Shown piece by piece: positions 24,985 to 37,079 of a stretch of 64,000 bases of DNA. Position 1 is the first letter of the stretch. Each line of letters opens with the position of its first letter. Where the stretch lies: NCBI RefSeq assembly GCF_009834535.1, contig NC_045696.1, positions 106,084,001-106,148,000 of the forward strand, given 5' to 3'. Under the pieces are notes generated by a model, which saw only the letters and a program-made list of their open reading frames with translations, made no database searches and was not told the origin of the DNA. The DNA is from Camelus ferus. Lineage: Eukaryota. Made by a program: the position numbers and the translations under genes.

Positions 24985-27900
24985 TTTTTTAAAGTCTTTT
25001 AATTTTGTTAGTTGAAATATAAGTGACTTAGCATTATATTAGTTCCATGTGTACAATAATGATGCGATATTTGTGTATCCTGTGAAATGATCTCCACAAT
25101 GAGTCCAGTTAACATCTATTACCATACATAGTTACAAAATTTTTTTTGTGTGACAAGAATTTTCAAAATCTACTCTCCTACTACTTTCAAATGTGTAATA
25201 CAGTATCAACTATGGTCACCATGCTGTATGTTATATTCCCATGAATTACTCATTTTATAACTGGAAATTTGCACCTATTGATCCAAGTCACCTATTTCAC
25301 ACACACCCTACTCCCACCTCTGGCAACCACCAGTCTGTTCTCTTTATCCACAAGCTTGTGTTTTTTTGTTTGGTTGGTTTTTAGTATTTTTAGATTCCAC
25401 ATATAAGTGAGATCATAAGTAATTATTTTTTTCTACCTAACTTATTTTGCTTAGCATAATGCCCTCAAAGTCTATCCAAGTTGTTGCAAATAGGAAGATT
25501 TCATTCTTTTTCATGGCTGACTAATATTCTATGGTATATATGTACTTTTTTTTTAACCCATTCCTTCATGGATGGACATTTAGGTTGTTTCCATGTCTTA
25601 GCTATCATAAATAATGCCACAGTGAACATGGGGATGCATTTATCTTTTTGAAATAGTATTATATTTTGATAAACACCCACAGTAGAATTGCTGCATGGTA
25701 TGGTAGTTCTATTTTTAATTTTTTGAGGAAACGCCATACTGTTTTCCATAGTGGCTGCACCAATTTACACTCCCACCAACAGTGCAGAAGGATTCTCTTT
25801 TCTCCACATCCTCGCCAACACTTGTTATTTGTTGTCTTTTTGACAATAATCTTTCTAGTAGGTGTGAGGTGATATCTCATTGTGGTTTTGATTTGCATTT
25901 CTCTGATGGTTAATGACGTTGAGCATCTTTTCATGTACCTGTTGACCATCTGTATGTCTTCTTTAAAAAAAATGTCCATTCAGATCCTCTGCCCATTTTT
26001 TAATCAAATTGTTTGATTTTTGCTGACTTGAGTGAGTTCTTTATAGGTTTTAGTTATTAACCACTCATCAGATACATGATTTGCATTTTCTTCCATTCAG
26101 TAGGTTGCCTTTTCATTTTGCTTTTGGTTGCTTTTGGTTTCCTTTGCTGTGCAGAAGCCTTTTACTTTAATTTAGTCCCACTTGTTTATTTTTGGTTTAG
26201 TTGCCTTTGCTTTAGGTGTCACATCTGGAGTCAAGACTGATGTCACGGTGCTTAACTTACCTATGTTTTCTTAGAAGAGTTTTATGGTTTTAGCTCTTAC
26301 TGGTATATCTTTCTATTTGTGTCTTCTTCAATTTCTTTTATCAGTCTTTAGTCCATTTTGAGTTAGTTTTTGTGTATGGTATAAGATAGTGGTTGAGTCT
26401 CACTCTTTTGCAGGTGGCTGTCCAGTTTTCCCAACACCATTTATTGAAGAGACTGTCTTTTCCCCCATTATACATTCTAGGCTCCTTTGCTGTAAATTAA
26501 TCTGACACACATGCATGAATTTATTTCTGTATCTGTACAAATACACCCCCCATTGATCTGTATCTGGTTTTTTGGGGGGAGGGTAGCTAATTAGGTTTTT
26601 TTTTTTTTTTTAATGGAGGTAGTAGGGATTGAATCCAGGACCTTGTGCATGTTAGGAATACACTCTACCACTGAGCTGTACCCACCCTCCACCCCCATCT
26701 GTTTCTGTTTTTATGCCAGTACATGCTGGGGTTTTTTTTTTTTTTTTCTTATAGTTTTATAATAGAGTTTGAAATTAGGGAGCATGATGCCTCTGGTTTT
26801 GTTCATCTTTCTCATGATTGCTTTGGTTCTTCTGTGGTTCTATACAAATTTTAGGATTGTTTTATTTCTGTGAAAAATGCCATTGGAATTTTGATTGCAT
26901 TCAATCTGTAGATTGCTTTGGGTAGTATGGACATTTTAACATGATTAATTCTTCTAGTTCATGAGCGTGGTATATTTTTCCATTTGTGTCTTCAATTTCT
27001 TTTATCAGTGTCTTGTAATGTTTTCAGGTACAGGTCTTTTACCTCCTTAGATTTATTCCTAGATCTTTTATTCTTTTTGATGCAATTGTAAATGAGATTA
27101 TTTTCTTAATTTCTCTTTATGATAGTTTGTTGTTAGCATATAGAAATGCAGTGGATTTCTGTATATTAGTTTTGTACCCTGCAATTTTACTGAATTCATT
27201 ATTAGTTCTAATAGTTTTTTGGTGGCATATTTAGGATTCTCTATATAAAGCATCATCTTCAAATAGTGAGTTTTACTTCTTCTTTTGGATTCTTATTTCT
27301 TTAATTTTCTTTTTAGCCTCTTTCCATTGTGATCTTTATTTACTTTATTTACTGTTAACTTTGGACTTTGCTCTACTTTTTCTAGTTCCATGAAGTGTTA
27401 AGTTAGGTTTTTTATTTGAGATTATTTTGTTTTGCTTATTGATGTACATGTTTATTGCTATGAACTTCCTTCTTAGAACTGCTTTTGCTGCATCCCATAA
27501 TTTTTGATATGTTACATTTCCATTTTGTCTCAGGTGTTTTTTTATTTTTTAAGCTTTATTGTATAATTTCTGTACAGTAAACTACACATATTTCAGGTGT
27601 ACAATTTGATGCATTTTGATAGATGTATCTTTTTGATTTCTTGATAAGATTTCAACTTCTTAAATTTATTAAGACTTGTTTGCGGTAGCCTAACATATGA
27701 TCTATCCTAGAGAATGCTCTATGTGTACTTGAAAATGTGTGTTCTGTTTTGGGATGGAATGTTCTATACATAGTTGTTATACCAGATGGATTTAATATAT
27801 CATATACAGCTAGTTTCCTTATTGAATATGTCTGGATGATCTATCCACTGATGAAAGTAGGGTACTGAAGTCCCCTACTTTGTTGTATTGCTGTCTACAT

Positions 27901-28968
27901 CTCCCTTTAGGTCTATGAATATTTGCTTTATATACTAGGTGCTCTTACGTTGGGTGCATAAAATATTTACAAATATTGTATCCTCTTGTTGGATTGACCC
28001 TTTCATCATTATGTAATGCCCTTGTTTGTCTCTTATTACAGCCTTTGTTTTAAAGTCTGTTTTGTCTGATATAAGTATAGTTATATCCTGGCTTTCTTTT
28101 GGTTTTCATTTGCATAGAATATCTTTTTCCATTCTTCCACTTTCAGTCTGTGTCTTTAGATCTCAGGTGAGTCTCTGGTGGGCAGCATATACATGGGTCT
28201 TGTTTTTTGGAATCCACTTAGTCACTCTGTATCTTTTAATTGGAGAATTTAGTCCATTTACCTTTAAAGTAATTACTGATAGGTATATACTTATTTTATC
28301 TTTTATGTACCCACTAAAGGTTTTTGCTTTGTAGTTATAAGTTGTTCTCTAATAACAGTCTATTTTAAGTGATAACAACTTAAGTTTGAATGGATTCTAA
28401 AGCTCTACACTTTCATTCTCACCCCGACCCCCATATTTTATGTTTTTGATGTCACATTTTACATCTTTTTATCTTATGTATCCCTTAATTACTGTAGTTA
28501 AAGTTTTTTTTTTTTTTTTTTACTACTTTTGTTTTTTAACCTTCATACCAGCTTTGTAAGTGATTAATCCCATTACCTTTACCATTTACCTCTACCAGTG
28601 AGATTTATACTTTTGTATGTTTTCTTGTTATTAAACTAACATCCTTTTTCAGCTTAAATTTCCAGTAGGCTGGTTTAGCGGTGATGAACTCCCTTAATTT
28701 TTGCCGGGTCTGGAAAACTCTCCCTTCAATTCTGAATGGTAACTGCCCAGTAGAGTATTTTAGGTTGGAAGCTTTTTTCTTTCAGCACTTTGAATATGTA
28801 AAGTGCCACTGCATTTTGGCCTGCAAAGTTTCTGCTGATAGTCTTATGGGGGAGGGGGCATTCTCTTATATGGAACTAGTTGTTTTTCTCTTGCTGCTTT
28901 TAAGATTCCCTCTTTAACTCTGGATTTTAATTATTTATATGTGGTATGTGTCATGTACCTAACAAGAG
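24985..28968 (-). mobile_element. About 4-kb internally deleted L1 in ESYT3 intron 20, with 22-bp TSD and nested inserts
   Basis: ORF2p-like peptides in ORFs 25501..25749 and 25659..25979; gcctctggactcctta(t/c)ttcta at 24963-24984 and 28969-28990. Confidence 0.88.
26574..26696 (-). mobile_element. tRNA-derived SINE (same family as 11324) nested in L1
   Basis: reverse complement has agctcagtggtagagtg…ggattcaatccc…ctccatt-A-tail-cctaatta; imperfect TSD atctgt(a/t)tctg. Confidence 0.85.
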
Positions 28969-30022
28969 GCCTCTGGACTCCTTACTTCTAGGTTTATTTA
29001 GGGTGGAGGTTGACAAGTTTTCAGATAACCCAGGCTTATCTTGCTGTTAGAATTTTGAGAGAATTACTAACAGATTAGGTTTGTCACAAAAGTCAACCTC
29101 CTATGTTCCCACAGAGCAATTCTGACATCCTTTTACAATTATGTCAGAGTTCTTTTTGAAGGCAAAGTCTTTCACTTGAGAATATATGATGGTGCCTGGC
29201 ATAAAGTGTTCAGTAAGTATTGAATGAATAAATTCTCTCCTCCCTCAATCTAGATATTGAAGAATGCAAAGTGCAGTTCTTGAAGAAACATATTTTTCGA
29301 TATGGCCCAAAAAGGACTCAGTCTTTTTAAAATGAGTAGTTATGGACCAAGATAAGAGGAAATCAACATTGCTTAGGTATATCTTCCTAGGCTAGCTAGA
29401 AATGTTCTCAGGATCCCACAGCAGAAGGGAACAGTGATAAGATTCTGACTTCTATACCTTGTGGTCAACTTGAAATCAAAAATAAGAGTATTTAGGATAA
29501 GACTTGCCCCCACAGACCTATCAAAAGCAAGAAACGTGATTAGATTCTGTCTACCAGTTTTGTCCCCAAGGACATGGGTGGACAAACTAGGGGAGGGTAT
29601 CTTTCACCTGCCACCTACTTTGCTGCAGGAGGGAAGACAGGCCAAAGAGCTTGGAGCTTTGGAGGAAGTTTTAGGTCCTTAAGATCAAGGTATGTTTAGT
29701 TTTGATTGAAAGGAAGCCTATTTGACCAGGTTCAAATCCTTTTACTGCCAAAGGGTTTCATTTAAAGAGAAAGGGTATGGAATATTTCATACTCAGGAAA
29801 GCTTTAGCCCCTATGGGCAAGAAAAGTGGGTGGCTGTTTTGCTAAACTTCCCTGGCACTCCTTTTCTCCCACTGACGTATAGAAGCTTCATGAAGGCACA
29901 GACCATGTTGTCTTGTTCAGCCCCAGCCCTTCCTGGCACCTGGCAGGTGGCTGGGCACACGAGAGGTGCTCGGCAAACAGGGACGGCTGAAGCACTCTAC
30001 GCAGGCCAGCTGGGCCACTTAC

Positions 30023-30154
30023 GTCTCATCAAACAGGGGCTCCAGGGTCTTCCGCTTCACTGAGGTCTTCTTACGACTTGCCCATCTCCTTTCTGGCAAC
30101 AAGTAGACACGGACGTAGGGATCAGCTCCACTGCTGGTACAGGGTGTCAGGTTT
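30023..30154 (-). CDS. ESYT3: ESYT3 exon 20: NLTPCTSSGADPYVRVYLLPERRWASRKKTSVKRKTLEPLFDE(T)
   Basis: aaccag acceptor, AC|gtaagt donor, 132 nt; polybasic C2C patch. Confidence 0.95.
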
Positions 30155-30668
30155 CTGGTTTGGTTTCAAAGACATTAAAGAAAAAAGGACCCTGGTTGTG
30201 AAATACTTAAATACTCATTTGGAGAAAGCTTTCCTAGCCGTAAAGCTTTAGATGGCCTTGAGGATGAATATGCCCTATAGTCTAGATGACCAAAAAAACA
30301 AAAGAATTTACAGGTCAAACAGATGCATGGTTTTGAAAACGTGTGTTTTTATAAAGTTTGGAGTAGAGCCAAGTACTTTCCATCTAAAGGAAGTTGAAGA
30401 GTCTCACCGAAGAAAGTGTCCTAGCTCCCCGCCCCACAAGACAGCGTTGCAGTGGGTGGGTCTGAGCAAAGCCCTGGGCTCTGGGGCCCGTCAAAACCAT
30501 TGAGGACCTGGTTACACAGCATGCAGGGCTTCAAGCCTCATTCCTTCCAAATACATGACTTGTCTACTTTGGGGCTGCCTGCCCCTGCCATTGCTCCAAG
30601 TACCCCCACCCGGATTCGTGGTTTCCTGACGCTGCCGGCCACCCGTGCTGGCCCTGGCAGCCCTGTAC

Positions 30669-30767
30669 CTGCAGCCGTTGATGAGCACGCTGAGACAGCG
30701 CCGCAGACACACGTAGCGCACCGTGAGCTGAATCTCACCCAGCCTTCGCTGCCTGAGATCCCCGCCT
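30669..30767 (-). CDS. ESYT3: ESYT3 exon 19: GGDLRQRRLGEIQLTVRYVCLRRCLSVLINGC(R) (C2C start)
   Basis: ttacag acceptor, AG|gtacag donor, 99 nt. Confidence 0.95.
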
Positions 30768-31477
30768 CTGTAAAGAAAGGACTTGTCACTTCTCTGCCAT
30801 GACAAGTGCTGGCCTCTCCCACCACCCCCACGACAGCAGCATATATATCTGCTTTTGGAACATGGAGCCATGTGAGTTAATAAAATAATCCTTAGTGAGG
30901 TTCCTTGTAGTCAGAAGTCAGTTCTCTCCAGCATTCGTGTGTGATTATCCTACTTCACAGCAGGAAGAACACGAACCCTGGAGCCGATCTGCCTTTCTAC
31001 CATAATTTCTTGTGGAACCTTGGGAGAGCTATTCAACCTTTATGGTAATGAGTTCTGTCTTGGAGAATTGTTGTAAAGATCGAATTAAATAACTATGATA
31101 AGCCCAGAGTAAACACTTAATAACAGCCACTGATTGTATAATTCCACATTCTAAACTTTCCGTTATCATCCCAGTATAGCTCTTTAGAATTCAGGATATG
31201 TTTCTGCCTGTAAGGAAGGGACCTTAGCAACCAAAGTCCAGCATGTACGTTACAGCTGGTATGTAGCTAGAGCCCCGCCAGACTTTTGGCAGGTACACAT
31301 GCGCTCTCTTTCTTCCCCATCCTGTGTTCTTTCTCTTCCACCATGCTGCCTCTCGTGAAGCCATTTTGTGAAAAATCAGAACTTGCACAGAAAAGTAAGT
31401 CCATATCTACTTTTCCATCCAGGGAGGTACTTTTCATGCAGGTGATTTTAGAAAAGATGAAGCAGAGAGGTGCATAC

Positions 31478-31974
31478 TCAATGTTGAGGCTGATATCTGT
31501 CAGGTCAAAGCAGGAAGAGGCCAGGGAGTTGAGCGAGGACATGCTGGGAGCCAGCCTCTTGGGCGGCCATGCGAATGGGGAGGCAGGGCATTTCATGGGT
31601 CTGGGTGACTTGATGGGCCCTGGAGAGTGGGGGCCTGGGACAGTCAGGAAGATGGTGGCCATACTCTTCTTCTCCCCCACGGGCGCACAGACCCCTCTGG
31701 CACTGTCCTTGCCTTTGGGCTCTGGGCCCATCTCTTGAGGCGTGGGCTTCGTGGCAGCAGTGGTGGCACTGGGGGTGGTTGTGGTGCTCTTGGAGGCTTC
31801 CTTGGTATCAGAAACAGGGTCTGGGGGACGTGGCAAATCTGCAGGGCTCTCTCCCTGAGGTGGGGCTCTGGGGCCCTGGTTGGCGGCCACCTTCTTAATG
31901 AACAGAGGGCCTTTCTTGAGGGCTTCAGGTCCAGTGTATGGGCTTCCCCTCTCTCGTTCTTCCACGTGCAGGAA
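31478..31974 (-). CDS. ESYT3: ESYT3 exon 18: FLHVEERERGSPYTGPEALKKG…FDLTDISLNI(E) (Pro/Thr/Ser-rich C2B-C2C linker)
   Basis: ttgcag acceptor, GA|gtatgc donor, 497 nt; inside ORF 31267..32046. Confidence 0.95.
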
Positions 31975-32559
31975 CTGCAAGCAGATGACAGGGTTGTTTA
32001 TGGGCTGGCCCGCCACTTCTACTTCCTCCTCTGCTCTCACCTTCACCTCTGGGAAATGGTTCCTTCTCCTCTTTCTGGAAGGAACAATTTTCTCAAAACT
32101 CAGTTTCTTCCTGACTGCCCAATCCCATGGATTTTTACCCCCAGACCGTATCTTCCTTAACCTCTCCAGGCCTCTGTCTCCCTCTGACTAGACTGTCAGT
32201 CTTTTCCCTTCCTCCTGCCTCACTAGTCTTCATGCAGACTCAGTCCTGGCCGCCTTCTCTCACTATAGTCATAATGGCTGCTGGAGCCCTGCCCATTCTC
32301 ACTTTTCCTGCACTTTTCCTCTGTTCAGAAGACTTCTAGACCTACACCCCACAGTCTTGCGCTCGCCTTAACCTTCACATGTATCACCAGCTGCCTTCTG
32401 GATGTGCTCATTTCTGGCTGTCATCTTATTCACCACTGCTTTCCCGAGAATGTGTTTCCTATCCAGTCACAACCCTGTGCTCCTAGCACCAAGGTTTCAA
32501 ACCTCAGCCATTGTGTTTCTCCTTCCTCTTTTTCCATCAATCATTAAGACACTTTCAAG

Positions 32560-33590
32560 GAACTTCCATTTGCAGCAATATGGTGGTCAAAATATTCTGA
32601 AAAACCTCATGTTAGGAATGCTCGATAAAATGAAACAAATATACTTTTATATGCATAGCCAAATTCACAAGTAAACCACTAGGTTAAAAAAAAAACAACA
32701 CTAAGCTGAAAAAAAAAGAGAACTGAAAAATAAACGTTAACTTTCTCAGAGTCATTTATCAACCCTGGAATCCAAGAGGTTAGAAGAGGCCTTGGGTCAA
32801 TGTAGGACCCATGAAGGTGGTGTGTCTTCAGTGAAAAAGTAGTGAAGAATAAATAAACATTCTGCCCACCAGCAAAGACTGATGGTTGGGGGTAAATAAA
32901 GTCTTAACTGAGAATAAGAATGGCACCTTACAGACCTGTCTCCTGTGAATTTTCATACTTCTATAACCTGTGGGGTCTTGAAACCCCAAATTAAAAGTGG
33001 ACCCAGGTTTGTAATGCCCCTGAGGTGCTTGGTTGCAGCCAAAGCAGAACTTCCTTGGAAGTGAACAACCTCAATCCAGTCCATAAAGGAACAGTGAACA
33101 GATGTCTGCAACACAAGTTACCAAGTGGATAAATGAGTCACCATGAGAAAGCATCAGATAAAACAGACATCAAAATTTAACTCCCAAGATCTTCAGATAA
33201 CAGAATTAACAGACATACATTATAAGCATTTTCAAATGATTACAGAAGGAATAGACACACGGAGAATATAATAAAATACAACAAAAAAAAAGACATTTTA
33301 GATTTGGAAAGGATAAGGTTAAACATGAAAAACAGCCTTTGAAATAAACACTGAACAGGTTAAACAGCAGATTAGCCATAGCCAAAGAAAGAATGAGCGG
33401 TCTGGAAGACAGGTCTGAGATAATTAGAATGTAGCACCAAGAGGTGAAGAGATGGAGAATGTGAAGGTCAGGTCAAGCCATGGAAAGGATGAGAAGGTCC
33501 ATCATAACAACGAGAGATTAAAGATTGAGAGAGGCAATATTTGAAGAGACAAGAGCTGACAATATTCTGGAATTGATGAAAACCATGAAT
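32560..33590 (+). mobile_element. Ancient L1 5'/ORF1 remnant
   Basis: A-rich ORF1-like tract (aacagcagattagccatagccaaagaaagaatgag…ggaattgatgaaaaccatgaatc). Confidence 0.65.
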
Positions 33591-33682
33591 CACCTCTGAG
33601 CTGCTTCCCAGCACAGTGTAGGTACTTAGTGCTGGGACAGTCCACCCCCTGCCTCCCCTGGGGGAAGAGGGGAAAGGTTTAC

Positions 33683-33832
33683 CCGAAGCACCAGCCGCAT
33701 GGAGATGAGGCTGTCCAGGCCTGAGTGGTCCAGCTGAAAGCGCTGCTCGAGGGTGAGGTCTGCACAGTGAAGAACCTGGCACAGTGGGAACTCCAGCACT
33801 CCGAGAGCACATTCTTGGTCATCATCAAGCAC
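33683..33832 (-). CDS. ESYT3: ESYT3 exon 17: VLDDDQECALGVLEFPLCQ…SLISMRLVLR (C2B end)
   Basis: gcccag acceptor, CGG|gtaaac donor, 150 nt. Confidence 0.96.
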
Positions 33833-34565
33833 CTGGGCAGTGGGCCAGTCATAACACAAGAGGATAACCAAGCCCCACCCTCACCACCGCCACTCTCTGG
33901 GCACCAACCAAGTCTGAAGCTCACTTCAGTAAGGATATACTGTGCTTCTACTGGCCTCTGGTCCTGTTCTGAAACTGGGAATGGAGTCAGGCCTGGTCCC
34001 TGCCTGCAGTCAGAGCAAGAGGGTGACTCTGTAGATAACTGATCTATATGAGGCAAGTCTGTCAAATGCCTGGGGCCATCAGGGCTTTAGGGACCGATGA
34101 GCTGTGCTGCTCCCTGATGGGACATCCAGGCAGGGCTCAGGGCCCCTGATACCCCGGTTCTACCGCTCGTTGGTCATGACATCTTGGATGAGTCATCATT
34201 TGAGCCTCTGTTTGCTCATGTGTAAAGAAGTTATCTCTTTCACAGATCTTTTGTGAAGGTTAAATATTTTTTAAAGAAGTAAATCATCATTAATGTTCTA
34301 GCTAAGTGCCAACTCAGGCCACACTGGGTGCCATGTAACAACCAGAGAGACTCTTGCAGGGAGCACCAAGGGACTTGAGGGTTTGTGCTTCCACAGCCTC
34401 TTACTCAATGACCTTGGGCACCAGCCTCATGAAGCTGTGGGCCCTCAGCATCCTTTTCCACACACAAGGGTATGACTTTATAGCCAGGGGAGCCGCTCAA
34501 GCTCTCCACCCCTCCTGGCTCAGACACCTCTTAGCTCTGTTCTAAGAGCCCAACTTCAAGCAAAC

Positions 34566-34652
34566 CTTCAGATGCAGCTGTTCAGTCTCCACGTTGTGCA
34601 CGAAGAAGGAGAACACCTGGCTCCACACAGGGTCCTTGCTGTGGGGACAAGT
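34566..34652 (-). CDS. ESYT3: ESYT3 exon 16: TCPHSKDPVWSQVFSFFVHNVETEQLHLK
   Basis: ccccag acceptor, AAG|gtttgc donor, 87 nt. Confidence 0.95.
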
Positions 34653-35188
34653 CTGGGGACAGCAGAAGGAAAGATCACTGAAGGGTCAGGTTGGGCACAG
34701 CTGGAAACCAGTGCCCTCTGTCTGCTCTCACTCTGGCTACCTGGTGTCTTTGGGAACCTACTCTGTGTCTGCCCAGGAACAGACCGCTGTGCACTGCAGC
34801 TCGTGGGGGGCGCTAGGGCCGGCGGGCCAGCCTCAAAGCAAGGAGAGCTGTGCCAGGAAGTCTCACAGGGGCTGAAATCACACCAGCGTTAGAGCTCACT
34901 TCCAGGGGGAGGAGGCCCGCCGGATTTCTGCTGCTGGGGCCGTGGAAAGGACACAGGCTTGGAGCCACGCCTGAGCTTGAACCTTAGTTCTGCTGCTTTC
35001 TAGCATGTGCCCTTAGGCCAGTCGCTGATCTCCGACTGTCAGAGGTTATTTTGAAGACAATATAAAGTACCTAGGATGTGTGCTGGCACTGACTAGGCAT
35101 TCAGTGCAAGCCAATTCTCTTCTGCTTTTGTCCCTGAAAAGGTGGCCCCCATTTCCTTAGTCCTTGGCTCCATGCCAAGCTGTCTTAC

Positions 35189-35257
35189 CTTGCTCAGGTG
35201 TGTCTTCTTGCCTACAGACAGCTTCACATAGGAAGACGGGTCTCTGCTGACTCTATT
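35189..35257 (-). CDS. ESYT3: ESYT3 exon 15: NRVSRDPSSYVKLSVGKKTHLSK
   Basis: tcacag acceptor, AAG|gtaaga donor, 69 nt. Confidence 0.95.
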
Positions 35258-35803
35258 CTGTGAGGAGGCAAATCCACAGAATGGAGCTGGTACCCTCAGT
35301 GCCAGCCTGAGACCCTGCCTCCCAGCCCCCAGGAGCGCCAGTGGGACCTGAGGCCACCCAACTGCTTCCTTTGAGAGAAGGCTCCCCTGGTGCTCCCAGG
35401 CCCTGGCTGCCATTCCTGTGGCAGCACCTGGACAGGGCTGACCCTGGGGGTAGCTTCCAAGCTGAGGTCAGAGCTGGGCCTGGCTGAGCACAGACTCTTG
35501 TTCCCTAGAGCTGTGGACACCAACAGGGTGGAGTCGTGTTCCAGGTCCCCCTTAGCTGTGTGACCCAGGCATTTAGACTTCTGGGTCCTATTTTCAAATG
35601 GCAATAAAAACAGACACACAGTCATGGGACTCAGGCATAACGGGTGGGGGGAGGAGCTGCCAAGCCCAGTGCCCGGCACACGGCAGACTCGGTAAATGGC
35701 AGTTCTCATCATCCCTACGCCTTGTGCACAGTGTCGTCCAGAAGACACGGGGCAGTGGTTACTCTGGGGAAAAGGAGCTGTGACTTTCTTTTGAGTTTTC
35801 AGC

Positions 35804-35826
35804 CACACACACACACACACACACAC
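35804..35826. repeat. (CA)11 microsatellite adjoining the ESYT3 exon 14 donor
   Basis: direct reading. Confidence 0.97.
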
Positions 35827-35830
35827 GTAC

Positions 35831-35893
35831 CCTGGCAAATCTGGAGAGCTTTTTGGCTTGATACTCGCCATTCAGGTAGTCGAAAGGGTTTCT
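35831..35893 (-). CDS. ESYT3: ESYT3 exon 14: RNPFDYLNGEYQAKKLSRFAR
   Basis: ctgcag acceptor, AGG|gtacgt donor, 63 nt phase 0-0. Confidence 0.94.
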
Positions 35894-35995
35894 CTGCAGC
35901 ACGAGAAGAAAGGGTAAATCAGCAACATGTGGACGTTTGAAAGTGATGGGCCCAAGGCCAGGTGTGTGTGACACTCTGGCCGTGTCACCACTCAC

Positions 35996-36058
35996 CGGCA
36001 GGTTGCAGGCACTCTCCAAGAAGACCACGAGGATGGCAGTGGAAAGGCTCCCGTGGCC
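35996..36058 (-). CDS. ESYT3: ESYT3 exon 13: GHGSLSTAILVVFLESACNLP (C2B start)
   Basis: ttgtag acceptor, CCG|gtgagt donor, 63 nt. Confidence 0.95.
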
Positions 36059-36448
36059 CTACAAGCAGACACAGACTCTCACGAGGTGCCCCCGGCAGCA
36101 GGTGATGCAGGCTGGCTTTGGAGAAGCCTTGCACTCCAAACTGGCCACACTGTCCCTCACAACCTAGCTCTTTGCTGAAGCTGAAAATGCAACTACAGCA
36201 TGACAGATTCAAGTCAAGATCTGTAGGCTTGCCTGTGAACTGGGCTGGCAGCTTTTAGGGATTCCACCCGCCCTGTGTGCCCACGGTCTCCAGAGGGTGG
36301 GGCTGGCCAGAGGGCTCTGGGCAAGGTCTGGGGGCTTCATCTCCCTCCCTCCCCCTGCCCCCATGCGCACAGCTCACAGAGGGCCCAAGTCCTGCCACAA
36401 GTACCCCCTCCGCCTTTCTGCCAGGGAGCCCTAGCACCCCACGCTCAC

Positions 36449-36538
36449 CTCAGTCAGAGCATCCGGGTCTGCGATCAGGGAGAGCCACTCGAGCTGCAGG
36501 TGCAGCCGCCCGCTGGTTGTGTCGTTCAGGGGAAACCA
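36449..36538 (-). CDS. ESYT3: ESYT3 exon 12: WFPLNDTTSGRLHLQLEWLSLIADPDALTE
   Basis: ccgcag acceptor, GAG|gtgagc donor, 90 nt. Confidence 0.95.
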
Positions 36539-36754
36539 CTGCGGGGAGGGGATGGGGGAGCTTGGGAAAAGGGCCAGAGACGCTGCTGACTCTCCAGGCA
36601 GCTCGGTCTGGGACCCAGTAGGGCCCTAAGAGAGGCTTCAGGAAGGAGGTGAACCAGCCCAGATGGTGCAGAGGGACCAGGAGGGCAGAAGTGCTACACT
36701 TTGGGGTGGAAACAGCGCCGCACACAGGGAGGGAGTTGCGGGCACCAATCCTAC

Positions 36755-36803
36755 CTCATCCACCACTCTGTTGGTCATGACGTCCCCAAGGCAGATCTGC
36801 AGG
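36755..36803 (-). CDS. ESYT3: ESYT3 exon 11: LQICLGDVMTNRVVDE
   Basis: ttccag acceptor, GAG|gtagga donor, 49 nt. Confidence 0.94.
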
Positions 36804-37079
36804 CTGGAAGACACGGGGAGGGGGAGGTCAGCTCGGCTCAGAGGTGGCAGAAGCCGAGGGCATGGAGCCCACTCTGGGATCTGTTTTCAAATATCTGAGG
36901 GGGGCCTCCTGACAGGACCTTATTCATCCCAAGGAATGAATGGGAGACTGCTCTGAGCTCAGAGGAAGGACTGTCTAACCATAGGCTGCTCCCATCAGGT
37001 GTGCCACCCAGGGGGCAGGCAGCTCTGATCTCCAGAGGGGAATAAACAGACGCTGCTGGAAACACTGGCTCTGGATTCC

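Noticed and set aside
25501..25979. L1 ORF2-like ORFs as active retrotransposon genes (also 20103..20312, 54449..54631)
   Set aside because: Short, frameshifted, truncated fragments; not a competent L1.
36540..36570. G-quadruplex-like G runs on + beside ESYT3 exons (also about 45850)
   Set aside because: Largely the complement of C-rich polypyrimidine tracts of minus-strand acceptors.
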